In this document: in pieces, positions 18,722 through 27,418 of the stretch | Position numbering within the stretch: the stretch's first letter is position 1 | Layout: each line of letters starts with the position of its first letter | NCBI GenBank assembly: GCA_041550515.1 | Contig: JBFEOQ010000005.1 | Location: 1 to 50,746 of the forward strand | DNA from: Thermoplasmatota archaeon | GTDB lineage: Archaea > Thermoplasmatota > E2 > DHVEG-1 | Reading direction: 5' to 3' | DNA: 50,746 nt | The notes under the pieces: model-generated | Database searches by the model: none | What the model saw: only the letters and a program-made list of their open reading frames with translations | Told to the model about the DNA's origin: nothing | Program-made: the position numbers and the translations under genes

Positions 18722-19792
18722 ATGTCAAATAGAAATATTATACATGTTGTTGGAACAGGTACTATTGGAGAACCCTTAATTGGTCTATTATGTGATGCAC
18801 AGGAAGATCTTGGTATAGACGAAGTAACATTTTATAAACATAGTCCAAAACTAACTGATAGACCAAAGATAAAAGGACTAATCAAAAGAGGCGCAAATCT
18901 TGCAGTAAACAAAGAAAAAACAACTGGATTTCAAGAATTAGGAATTGACCCTATGTACAATGAAGAAGAAGCAATTAGTCGTGCATCAGTTATAATTGAT
19001 TGTACACCAAAAGGTACAGGTATGATGAATAAAGAAAAATATTACAATAAATATAAAAACAAAGTCAAAGGATTTATGGCTCAAGGTTCAGAATTTGGTT
19101 TTGGCAAAATGTATGCTGTCGGAATCAATGATGAAGCAATAACCCCTAAAGATAAATTCATTCATATTGTCAGTTGTAATACCCATAATATTGCAGTTTT
19201 AATAAAAACACTGGGGCTAGAAAATAAAAATAAAAATTTTCTAAAAGAAGGACGTTTTCTATGCATTCGCCGTGCAAACGATATAAGTCAAGTTAAAAGC
19301 TTTATACCCTCCCCTGAAGTAGGTAGTCATAAAGATCCAAAGATGGGTACTCATCATGCAGTTGATGTGTATTATTTATATAAAACATTAGGAATTGATA
19401 TCAATGTTTTTTCAAGTGCACTTAAAATAAATACTCAATATATGCATTGTATATGGTTTGATTTAAAACTTGACAAGAAAATTACAAAAGATGAAGCAAT
19501 ACAAAAATTCATAGATAATCCACGTGTTGCAATCACACATAAAAATTCTGCAAATCTTGTATTTTCTTTTGGTCGAGAACATGGTCACTATGGTCGATTA
19601 CTTGATCAAACTGTTGTAGTAGTACCAACTATTCATGTTTTAAATGATAATGAAGTCATTGGTTTTTGTTTTACACCGCAGGATGGTAACAGTATACTGA
19701 GTAGTGTTACTGCAGCTGAGAGATTCTTGTATCCTAGTGAGTGGGAAGAAAAAATTAAATGTCTAGGAGCTTTTTTATTACAAGAAGTATAA
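18722..19792 (+). CDS. Divergent type II (archaeal) glyceraldehyde-3-phosphate-dehydrogenase-like oxidoreductase
   Basis: The ORF track starts at 18671. ATG 18722 is preceded by GGAGGTG at suitable spacing. Motifs VGTGTIGE (Rossmann), IIDCTPKG, catalytic-Cys motif VSCNTH (canonical VSCNTT), RRANDI and HHAVDV are in the same order as archaeal GAPDH. Confidence 0.6.
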   Translation: MSNRNIIHVVGTGTIGEPLIGLLCDAQEDLGIDEVTFYKHSPKLTDRPKIKGLIKRGANLAVNKEKTTGFQELGIDPMYNEEEAISRASVIIDCTPKGTGMMNKEKYYNKYKNKVKGFMAQGSEFGFGKMYAVGINDEAITPKDKFIHIVSCNTHNIAVLIKTLGLENKNKNFLKEGRFLCIRRANDISQVKSFIPSPEVGSHKDPKMGTHHAVDVYYLYKTLGIDINVFSSALKINTQYMHCIWFDLKLDKKITKDEAIQKFIDNPRVAITHKNSANLVFSFGREHGHYGRLLDQTVVVVPTIHVLNDNEVIGFCFTPQDGNSILSSVTAAERFLYPSEWEEKIKCLGAFLLQEV

Positions 19793-19845
19793 AAATTTTA
19801 TTTCATATCTTATAAACCTAACAATCAAGGATAAATTGATGTATA

Positions 19846-21087
19846 ATGACCAAAATAATACGTGATCCGATTCATGGTGATATCAAAATTGAAGGTATTT
19901 ACCTTGATTTTTTAGATGCACCTGAAATTCAAAGACTTTATAATATTAAACAACTTGGATTTGCACATCTTGTTTTTCCGGGTGGTCATCATACTCGTCT
20001 TGAACATTCATTAGGAACTTATTTTATTTCAGTAAAAGCATGCGATATACTAGAATTAAATGATGAAGAAAAAGAACTTATCTCTTGCGCTGCTTTTTTA
20101 CACGATATAGGTCATGGTCCTTTTTCCCATACTCTTGAATCCATTTTAAGGACAGCATTAAATGTTGACCATATTGATCTTACTGAAAAATTAATACTTG
20201 GTGAGCATAAGATTTTTAAGGATTATGAGGAAAAAATAATTGACCCTTTTACAATTTTTGATATTCTAAATGAATATGGTTTTAATCATCACAAGATTAT
20301 TGATATAATCAAGGGAAATGGAAAAGATTATCTAACACAGTTTCTAAATAACCCTGTTGATATAGATCAACTTGATTATCTCATACGTGATGCATATTAT
20401 ACCGGTGTTGCATATGGTTTAATTGATGTCGAGCGTTTTTTAAATTCGTTAACAATAAGTAATAATGTCCTTGGTATTACTAAAAAAGGTGTTAGTGTTG
20501 TTGAAAATATACTAATGGCTCGTACTCTTATGTATTCTTCAGTTTATTTTCATAAGACTGTGAGAATAGCAGAACTTATGCTCTCAAAAGCAATTGAACT
20601 TTCTGAGGAAATTCATCCTTTTGATATTTTTAAAATGACTGATGACGAACTACTAAATAGTATTAAAAAAATGGGAATCTTTCAGCGTGAAATTGCGGTT
20701 AGATTAAAGTATCGAAAATTATTCAAACAAGCATATGCTCCATCCCCTATTGAATTATCGACTGATCGTATTAATTTCATTAAGAAATTTGATGATATTA
20801 GGTTTAGAAGAATGAAGGAGGTTGAATTTGAAGATAAGATAGGTATAAAAAAAGGACATGTAATTATTGATTTTCCAAATTCTGAACTTCATCTCAATGA
20901 ACCTCGTATAGATAAAACAGGTATCTTGGTCGTTGACGAAAATCATTGTAAAGTTTTGGATGACTTTACTCCAATCTGTCGTGCTATTAGAAAACGTTTA
21001 ATTACTGATTGGGCGGTTATGATTATTACAGATGAAAAGTATAGAAATATAGTTGCAAAAAAAGCTGAAAAAATTTTATTTAATTAA
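19846..21087 (+). CDS. HD-domain metal-dependent phosphohydrolase (dGTPase/SAMHD1-like architecture)
   Basis: 413 aa. IRDPIHG, RLEHSLGT, FLHDIGHGPFSH and DQLDYLIRD motifs. Confidence 0.8.
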   Translation: MTKIIRDPIHGDIKIEGIYLDFLDAPEIQRLYNIKQLGFAHLVFPGGHHTRLEHSLGTYFISVKACDILELNDEEKELISCAAFLHDIGHGPFSHTLESILRTALNVDHIDLTEKLILGEHKIFKDYEEKIIDPFTIFDILNEYGFNHHKIIDIIKGNGKDYLTQFLNNPVDIDQLDYLIRDAYYTGVAYGLIDVERFLNSLTISNNVLGITKKGVSVVENILMARTLMYSSVYFHKTVRIAELMLSKAIELSEEIHPFDIFKMTDDELLNSIKKMGIFQREIAVRLKYRKLFKQAYAPSPIELSTDRINFIKKFDDIRFRRMKEVEFEDKIGIKKGHVIIDFPNSELHLNEPRIDKTGILVVDENHCKVLDDFTPICRAIRKRLITDWAVMIITDEKYRNIVAKKAEKILFN

Positions 21088-21123
21088 TATAAATATAATT
21101 TTATTTTTATAGCGATGAGGAGA

Positions 21124-21192
21124 GAATGGGGAAGATGAAGGTGGTGAGGAGAGATTAAGAAAAAATAATCTAATCAATTATCTCCCCCATTC
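21124..21192. other. Nested hairpin in a purine/G-rich island (element E3)
   Basis: GAATGGGGAAGAT (21124-21136) pairs with ATCTCCCCCATTC (21180-21192) at 12 of 13 positions. An inner hairpin pairs AGATTA (21152-21157) with TAATCT (21166-21171). Confidence 0.25.
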
Positions 21193-21596
21193 AATAAAAA
21201 AATAATATATTGGGAGAGTATATAAATCTTATTATAGTAATATCGATAATTATCGAATTATTTTTTGTTTTCTATATAAAAAAGATAAAAATAAATGAAT
21301 AACAGTGATAAATATTTTATTTTAATAGCAAAATAAAGTTACTTAAACAAAAAAATTTTAATACAAAAATATGAAGGATAAACTATTTAAACAGATAAAA
21401 AATAAACAGTCGTTCTTTAGGAGGATTTTAACTGAAAGAAGAAAAAGACACGTATATTAGTTTAAAAGATAGCCCATTTGTTTTTAATCCAAGTGATATT
21501 ACATTAAAAGATGATGCGTTTCATAGTTCAACTGCCCCTAGATTTACTGAGTGGTGGTATTTTGATGCCATATTTGATAATGGTTATAGCATTGAA

Positions 21597-22430
21597 TTGA
21601 ATATTAGAGTTTTAAGTATAATAAAAAATAGATATGCTATAATATATAAAAGAATAGATATATATAAAGAAGGTAAAATAATAAAACATTATAGAACAAG
21701 ATATCGTTTAAAGGATTTCGAAGCATCAAAACAATTCCCTAATGTTAAATTAGGTGGAAAGAAAGTTATTAAAGGAATTATTGATAAAAAGACTGGTAAA
21801 TTAGTATACGATGTTTTCTTTGAAATTCATGATACTTCAGTAAATTTAAGATTCAAATCTTGTACAAAAGGTTGGAAGGGAACGAATCCAGGAGGAGATG
21901 GATGGGTAGTAATATTACCTCGTGCAGAAGTTAAAGGTAAAATTAAACTAGATAGCGATGAGATAGATGTAAAAGGAATTGGATATCATGATCATAATTG
22001 GGATGTAAGATATTCAGTAACTAAAAATAACCATGGTTGGTTTTGGGGGAAAATTTATTCAGATAATTATACAGTCACTTGGGCAACAATATATAAAAAT
22101 AAGAATATAGGGCAGCCGCTTCTGGTTTTAAATGAAAATAATAAAGGATATATTAATTTCAAACCTGAGGAAATAAAATTTATTGGAGATAGACTAAGTT
22201 TAAAAAATAAAAAGAGGATTCCTCATCATTTTATACTTGAAGCAAATAATGGTAAAGAAAAAGTAAAAATTGAAATGGAAACTAAAGATCTTCATCATGA
22301 TACTGTAATGATAAGATATAATTACTGGCGTTATCATATGAATTGTACTGGAACAATTACTGTTGGTGATAATACAGAAAATGTTGAAGGTATACAGATT
22401 GCTGAATTTTTACGATTTAAGGATAAATAA
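21597..22430 (+). CDS. CrtC/AttH-like lipocalin-fold hydratase (carotenoid 1,2-hydratase family); the real N-terminus lies upstream
   Basis: The ORF track begins at TTG 21597, but the same frame is open back to 21432. That upstream stretch encodes the family-typical ...APRFTEWWYFDAIFDNGY. GIGYHDHNWD lies downstream. There is no ATG/GTG/TTG between 21432 and 21597. Confidence 0.6.
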   Translation: MNIRVLSIIKNRYAIIYKRIDIYKEGKIIKHYRTRYRLKDFEASKQFPNVKLGGKKVIKGIIDKKTGKLVYDVFFEIHDTSVNLRFKSCTKGWKGTNPGGDGWVVILPRAEVKGKIKLDSDEIDVKGIGYHDHNWDVRYSVTKNNHGWFWGKIYSDNYTVTWATIYKNKNIGQPLLVLNENNKGYINFKPEEIKFIGDRLSLKNKKRIPHHFILEANNGKEKVKIEMETKDLHHDTVMIRYNYWRYHMNCTGTITVGDNTENVEGIQIAEFLRFKDK

Positions 22431-22463
22431 TAATTTTTTTAGAAGAGATAAAATACAATTTGT

Positions 22464-23540
22464 TTAAATTGCGGCTCGCATTGGATCCCCACTAATAAGT
22501 TTATTTACAATAAAAAACCATATCAACGGAAAAAATATATAGATTAAAGCGATTATTCCACCAATAAGAGGTAAAAGTAATACTGGTGCTAAAAAATAGG
22601 TTGCAATTTCTCTTACTGCCATTACTTTCATAAGTCTATTTCGTTCAAAAAATTTGAAATACATAGTTTTTAACATTGATACCATTATTATAATTGAAAG
22701 TAAAATAAGACTAAGAGATAATAAATATAAATTTATACTTCCATCATAGAATTTATTATAAAAAATTAATGGTAAAAAAGCAATTAGCAAATTAATTATT
22801 TGTATAAATACAACAAAAGTTCTAAAACCCTTTGGAATAATAAGTTTTAGGATTTTTCCATCTCCTTCCACTTTTACACCGAATACCATAGGAAATGTTT
22901 TTACACCAAATTCTGAATCATTTTTGATATCTTTTAAATGTCCAAGAATTGCAGTATTTATCCATAATTGAAAAAATCCTAGAATGCTAAGTATATAAAC
23001 TAAGGATGGTATCAATAAAATATTATTATATTTCCCTGCGTAAGCAGCTCCAAATAATATTATAAAAAAAACATAAAATGCTAAAAATAAAGCAGAGTGT
23101 AACCATTTTTTTGAGATTAATTGATAAATAATACCAGTTGTAGCACCTATAATTAATAATAAAAGACTTAAAAAGTTAAAATTTGAAAATAATATTATTA
23201 TTAATAGAATTATCAAACATATTATCATACCAATTAAAGCACTATTTTTAGAAATTACCCCGCTAACCAATGGTTTTTTTGATAGTTCGATATTTGCTCT
23301 ATCAATATCATAATCCATATAATCATTTAATATTTCCCCAAATATATGTGTAATAATTCCAACTAAAAATAAAGGAATAAAAATTTGTATAAGATTGTCT
23401 GGTATTAATTTATCTTTTAAAACAGAAAATGTTGCAAATGCTCCAAGGCTTGGCGTTAATGCTGTTGCTATTATTGTATGAATTCTTATTAAACGAAGAT
23501 AACCTTCGATTTTATCTTTAAAATTTGTCATATTTACCAA
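22464..23540 (-). CDS. UbiA-superfamily prenyltransferase (paralog A)
   Basis: 358 aa, polytopic membrane protein. First Asp-rich motif is LNDYMDYDIDRANIELSKKPLVSG. Second motif is LKDIKNDSEFGVKTF. Confidence 0.8.
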   Translation of the reverse strand: MVNMTNFKDKIEGYLRLIRIHTIIATALTPSLGAFATFSVLKDKLIPDNLIQIFIPLFLVGIITHIFGEILNDYMDYDIDRANIELSKKPLVSGVISKNSALIGMIICLIILLIIILFSNFNFLSLLLLIIGATTGIIYQLISKKWLHSALFLAFYVFFIILFGAAYAGKYNNILLIPSLVYILSILGFFQLWINTAILGHLKDIKNDSEFGVKTFPMVFGVKVEGDGKILKLIIPKGFRTFVVFIQIINLLIAFLPLIFYNKFYDGSINLYLLSLSLILLSIIIMVSMLKTMYFKFFERNRLMKVMAVREIATYFLAPVLLLPLIGGIIALIYIFFPLIWFFIVNKLISGDPMRAAI

Positions 23541-23704
23541 ATCAATAGCTATATATTTTACAATTTATTCCAGATAAACATTACTTAGAATAAAAAATTT
23601 TATATTAATTTTATTAATTTGTCAAACCAAAGTAAAACTTGACTATAAAAAAAAAATTGAAAACGATGGTTTTTTATGTTCTTTTTTACTACTGAAATTT
23701 CTAT

Positions 23705-24718
23705 ATGCCAATTAGAGAATATTTAAAATTATCTAGGTCATTTAATGCTGTACTAACAGGTGTTTCTCCTGTCATGGGTGCTATTGCAATGGAGGAATAC
23801 AATATAATTACTCTTTTTTTTCTCTTTTTAATAGGTTTTTTTGGACATACGTATGGATTTGTTTTAAATGATATCATTGATTATAATATTGATAAAACAT
23901 CAAAAGAAATAAGTGATCGACCATTAGTTAGTGGTACTATCTCTATAAAAAAAGCTTGGATTTATGCTATTTTTTCAATGATAATTTCTTTTATCATTGC
24001 TTTTTATTTAGCATTTATAACTAATATATATTACCCAATTTTTATACTTGCATTATCAGCTATTTTTGTTACAATTTATGATCTAATAAGTAAAAAAATC
24101 TCAGGTATGGATATAATTTTAACAATTAGTATTTTCTTTTTAATACTCTATGGTGCTTCAACTGTTGTCAATGATATTTTTAATGTTACAAAATTAGCAT
24201 TAATAGTGTGTATTCTTGGTTCTATCCAGGTTTTATTTATGAATGCAATTGCTGCTGGTATGAAAGATATTGGAAATGACTATAAACGAGGAGCAAGAAC
24301 TCTTGCTATTAAAATGGGAGTTAGAATAATAAATGGTGAACTTAAAGTTCCTTTCACATTTAAATCATTAGCTTATGGAATTCAATTAGTAGACATTTTG
24401 ATAGTGTTTTTACCCTTTTTTATAGTGTGGAATGTAACTAAATTATCAATATTACAATATTTACAATGGGGAATCATTATCATCATTGGAATAATTTTAT
24501 TCGTTTTATCAAGTAAGTTATTAAATATGAAATATTTCAATAGAAAAAAAGCAAGAATGTATATAGGTAGCCATTATATGATTAATTTCACAATTGTCCC
24601 AATAATGCTTATGACACTTAATCCATGGGCAATAATAATTATGTTTTTACCCGGCTTAGGATTTATATTATCAAATATTATATTACATGGAACAATTACA
24701 CAACCAAAAACTATGTAA
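23705..24718 (+). CDS. UbiA-superfamily prenyltransferase (paralog B, divergent from A)
   Basis: 337 aa, polytopic. LNDIIDYNIDKTSKEISDRPLVSG, IYDLISKK and MKDIGNDYKRGARTL align motif-for-motif with paralog A. Confidence 0.8.
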   Translation: MPIREYLKLSRSFNAVLTGVSPVMGAIAMEEYNIITLFFLFLIGFFGHTYGFVLNDIIDYNIDKTSKEISDRPLVSGTISIKKAWIYAIFSMIISFIIAFYLAFITNIYYPIFILALSAIFVTIYDLISKKISGMDIILTISIFFLILYGASTVVNDIFNVTKLALIVCILGSIQVLFMNAIAAGMKDIGNDYKRGARTLAIKMGVRIINGELKVPFTFKSLAYGIQLVDILIVFLPFFIVWNVTKLSILQYLQWGIIIIIGIILFVLSSKLLNMKYFNRKKARMYIGSHYMINFTIVPIMLMTLNPWAIIIMFLPGLGFILSNIILHGTITQPKTM

Positions 24719-24801
24719 AAAAACTTTTACATTTTAAATAGTTAAAACTACTAAATTTTTAAGTTATAATTATTTATATAACATAAAACTTTACTTATTT
24801 T

Positions 24802-25932
24802 GTGTATGATATAATAATAGTCGGTGGTAATTTATCAGGAGCCACTGCCGCAATTAATGCAGCCAACTACGGAGCAAAAGTTGTATTGGTTGAAAAAAAT
24901 AAAAAACCTTTTTTCCCACCTCGTTGTGGAGAAGCTACTGAAGAAATAACAGCTAATATATTAAATCTTGATAAAATTGGATGTCCTAAAAATCAAATAA
25001 AAAAAATTACAATAAATGTATCTAGTAAGAAAGAATATAATTTTAAAACAAATCATGGGATTTATATTATTGATAGGTATTTTCTTGAAAAATATTTGAT
25101 TAAACATGCAGAACAAAAAGGTGTACATGTCATTCTAGGAAGTAGAATGACAAATTTTAATCCTCCAAAAGAAATTGTTCTAGATAATAAAAAAACTCTA
25201 GAAGGTAAAATTATAATTGATGCAACTGGTATAAGTTGTCAAATTGGGAAAAAAATTAGAAACGATATAGAACTAAAACCAAGTGATATTGGAGTCTGTA
25301 TTCAAAGTAGAGTAGAAGGAAATTTCAATTCTGATACTATGAAAATGTGGTATGGTAAACCTTTTGCACCTTTTGGATATTCCTGGTGTTTTCCAAAAAA
25401 TGAAACATTAGCAAATATTGGAATTGGAGTACCCGGTGGTCAAAAATTAAATTTATCCTATTTACTAGATAAGTATATAGAATACGAAGTAAAAGATAAA
25501 TTTAAAGTTTTAAATACATTTCATTCATGTGTTCCAGCATCAGAACCATTAGATCCTCTTATAAAAGATAACATAATTTTTATTGGTGATGCTGCTAGAT
25601 TCGCTAATCCTATATTTGAAAATGGTATTAATAATGCAATATTTTCAGGGAGTTTAGCAGGAGTAGTTGCTGCAAAATATATTAAAGGAGATATTTTAAC
25701 TCTTAAAACTTATGAACAACTTATGAAAAATAAAGTAAAAAGATTAAAAAAGGCATACTACAAAAAAAATAAACTAATAACTGAAGAAAAATATAACAAG
25801 TCATTTAAAAGGATGTTTTCATTGCTTTCTTCTTTAAATAAAATTTTTCCAAACATCTTACAAAATCAATTTATAAAAATGTTAAAAAATGATAAAAAAG
25901 TTTTAGATTCTATTAGAAAAAACGAATATTAG
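24802..25932 (+). CDS. Geranylgeranyl-reductase-family flavoprotein (paralog 2)
   Basis: 376 aa from a GTG start. IIIVGGNLSGATAA FAD-binding fold, PRCGEA and FIGDAARFANPIFENGINNA motifs. Confidence 0.8.
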   Translation: MYDIIIVGGNLSGATAAINAANYGAKVVLVEKNKKPFFPPRCGEATEEITANILNLDKIGCPKNQIKKITINVSSKKEYNFKTNHGIYIIDRYFLEKYLIKHAEQKGVHVILGSRMTNFNPPKEIVLDNKKTLEGKIIIDATGISCQIGKKIRNDIELKPSDIGVCIQSRVEGNFNSDTMKMWYGKPFAPFGYSWCFPKNETLANIGIGVPGGQKLNLSYLLDKYIEYEVKDKFKVLNTFHSCVPASEPLDPLIKDNIIFIGDAARFANPIFENGINNAIFSGSLAGVVAAKYIKGDILTLKTYEQLMKNKVKRLKKAYYKKNKLITEEKYNKSFKRMFSLLSSLNKIFPNILQNQFIKMLKNDKKVLDSIRKNEY

Positions 25933-25938
25933 TGGGTC

Positions 25939-27333
25939 ATGATGACAAATAAAAAAGTATGTATAATCGGTGCAGGAATTGGAGGACTTGCATCAGCAGT
26001 ATTACTTACTAAAAAAGGATATAAAGTTACAGTTTTTGAAAAAGAACCTCAAATAGGTGGAAGAGCACTATCTATTAAAGGTTCAACCATTACATTAAAT
26101 GAGTATAAAAATCTTCTAGCTCGTTTCCATATGGGTATCGCTTTTTCTGAACCAAATATAGAAACAATTTTTGATAAAAAAATGTTAGATAATTATGTTT
26201 TAGATCTAGGTTTTCATATATTAAGTGGTGGTTTTCCGTTGAACATTAAAAATCTTTTAGCAGAAAATAATAATCATATCGATTTCCTTGAATCATATCT
26301 TGGTTTTATTGAAGGTAATAAGTATAAATTCCCCTTTCTTTCCAAATTAGATAAACTGAAAATTGCACCGAATATATTTAGACTACTTTTTGCAAATGAA
26401 AAAACATTAAAAGAATTAGATAGAGTTTCAATTTCAGATACAATTAAAAAATATGGAAAAGGAAAAATGAAGTTGATTTTAGAGGTTTTTTCAAGATCGA
26501 TCACAACTATGAATAATCTTGATAAGATTTCATCGGGGGAGATGCTGCGTGCTCAAAAGAATCTATATAAAGGTTCAAAACCAGTAGCATACCCAAAAAA
26601 TGGTCTTATAAGTATTAATAATGAATTTGTAGATTTCATCATAAAACATGGTGGAGAGATAAAGTTAAATACTTTTGTTAATCAAATTCTAATAAAGGAT
26701 ATGAAAGCCATAGGGATAAAAGTTCAAGATAAAGAAAAATATTATGATATAATTATATCAAATATAATTGTACAAGATCTTTTTAATATAGTAAATGAAA
26801 AAAATTTTCCAATAGAATACACTAATTATATTAAATCTCTTAAAGGAACTGGTAGTCTTTGTGCTTATTATTCTTTGAAAAAAGTCCCAAATGATTTAAT
26901 TGGTAAATCTTTTCATTTTATTGAAAGAAATGTTGGTTTAGAAGGAAATGATGCTGTTGGAATGATTGATTTCATGGTTTCATCATCTGATTCAGGTCTT
27001 TCACCTAAAGAAGAATATCTTGTTCAATCATATATCATTTGTAATCCTGATGAGGCAATAAATCATTTAACTTTAAAGAAATTAAGAGAATTATTAGATA
27101 AAAATCTAAAGGTTTTAATTCCAGATTATAAAAAACAACTTATTTGGGTGATTTATCCAGTTATTTGGCATCTTGATGGTGTTGCAAAAACAATTGATAA
27201 TCAAAAACCAGATATAATCACTCCTATAGAAAATCTTTATTTAGTAGGTGATTGTGTAAAGGCACCTGGTATCGGATTAAATTGTGCTTTAAATTCTGCA
27301 AAAATTGCAACAGATATTATACAAAAAAATTAA
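25939..27333 (+). CDS. Phytoene-desaturase-family (CrtI/CrtD-like) FAD-dependent oxidoreductase
   Basis: 464 aa. VCIIGAGIGGLASAVLLTKKGYKVTVFEKEPQIGGRA dinucleotide-binding motif and C-terminal LYLVGDCVKAPGIG. Starts 6 nt after the GGR stop. Confidence 0.8.
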   Translation: MMTNKKVCIIGAGIGGLASAVLLTKKGYKVTVFEKEPQIGGRALSIKGSTITLNEYKNLLARFHMGIAFSEPNIETIFDKKMLDNYVLDLGFHILSGGFPLNIKNLLAENNNHIDFLESYLGFIEGNKYKFPFLSKLDKLKIAPNIFRLLFANEKTLKELDRVSISDTIKKYGKGKMKLILEVFSRSITTMNNLDKISSGEMLRAQKNLYKGSKPVAYPKNGLISINNEFVDFIIKHGGEIKLNTFVNQILIKDMKAIGIKVQDKEKYYDIIISNIIVQDLFNIVNEKNFPIEYTNYIKSLKGTGSLCAYYSLKKVPNDLIGKSFHFIERNVGLEGNDAVGMIDFMVSSSDSGLSPKEEYLVQSYIICNPDEAINHLTLKKLRELLDKNLKVLIPDYKKQLIWVIYPVIWHLDGVAKTIDNQKPDIITPIENLYLVGDCVKAPGIGLNCALNSAKIATDIIQKN

Positions 27334-27418
27334 ATTTTATTAATGTAGTATGTTTCTAAATATTTTCAAAGAAATTTTTTAAAAAGTTTTTAATAGATTG
27401 GTAAGATATTATTATACA

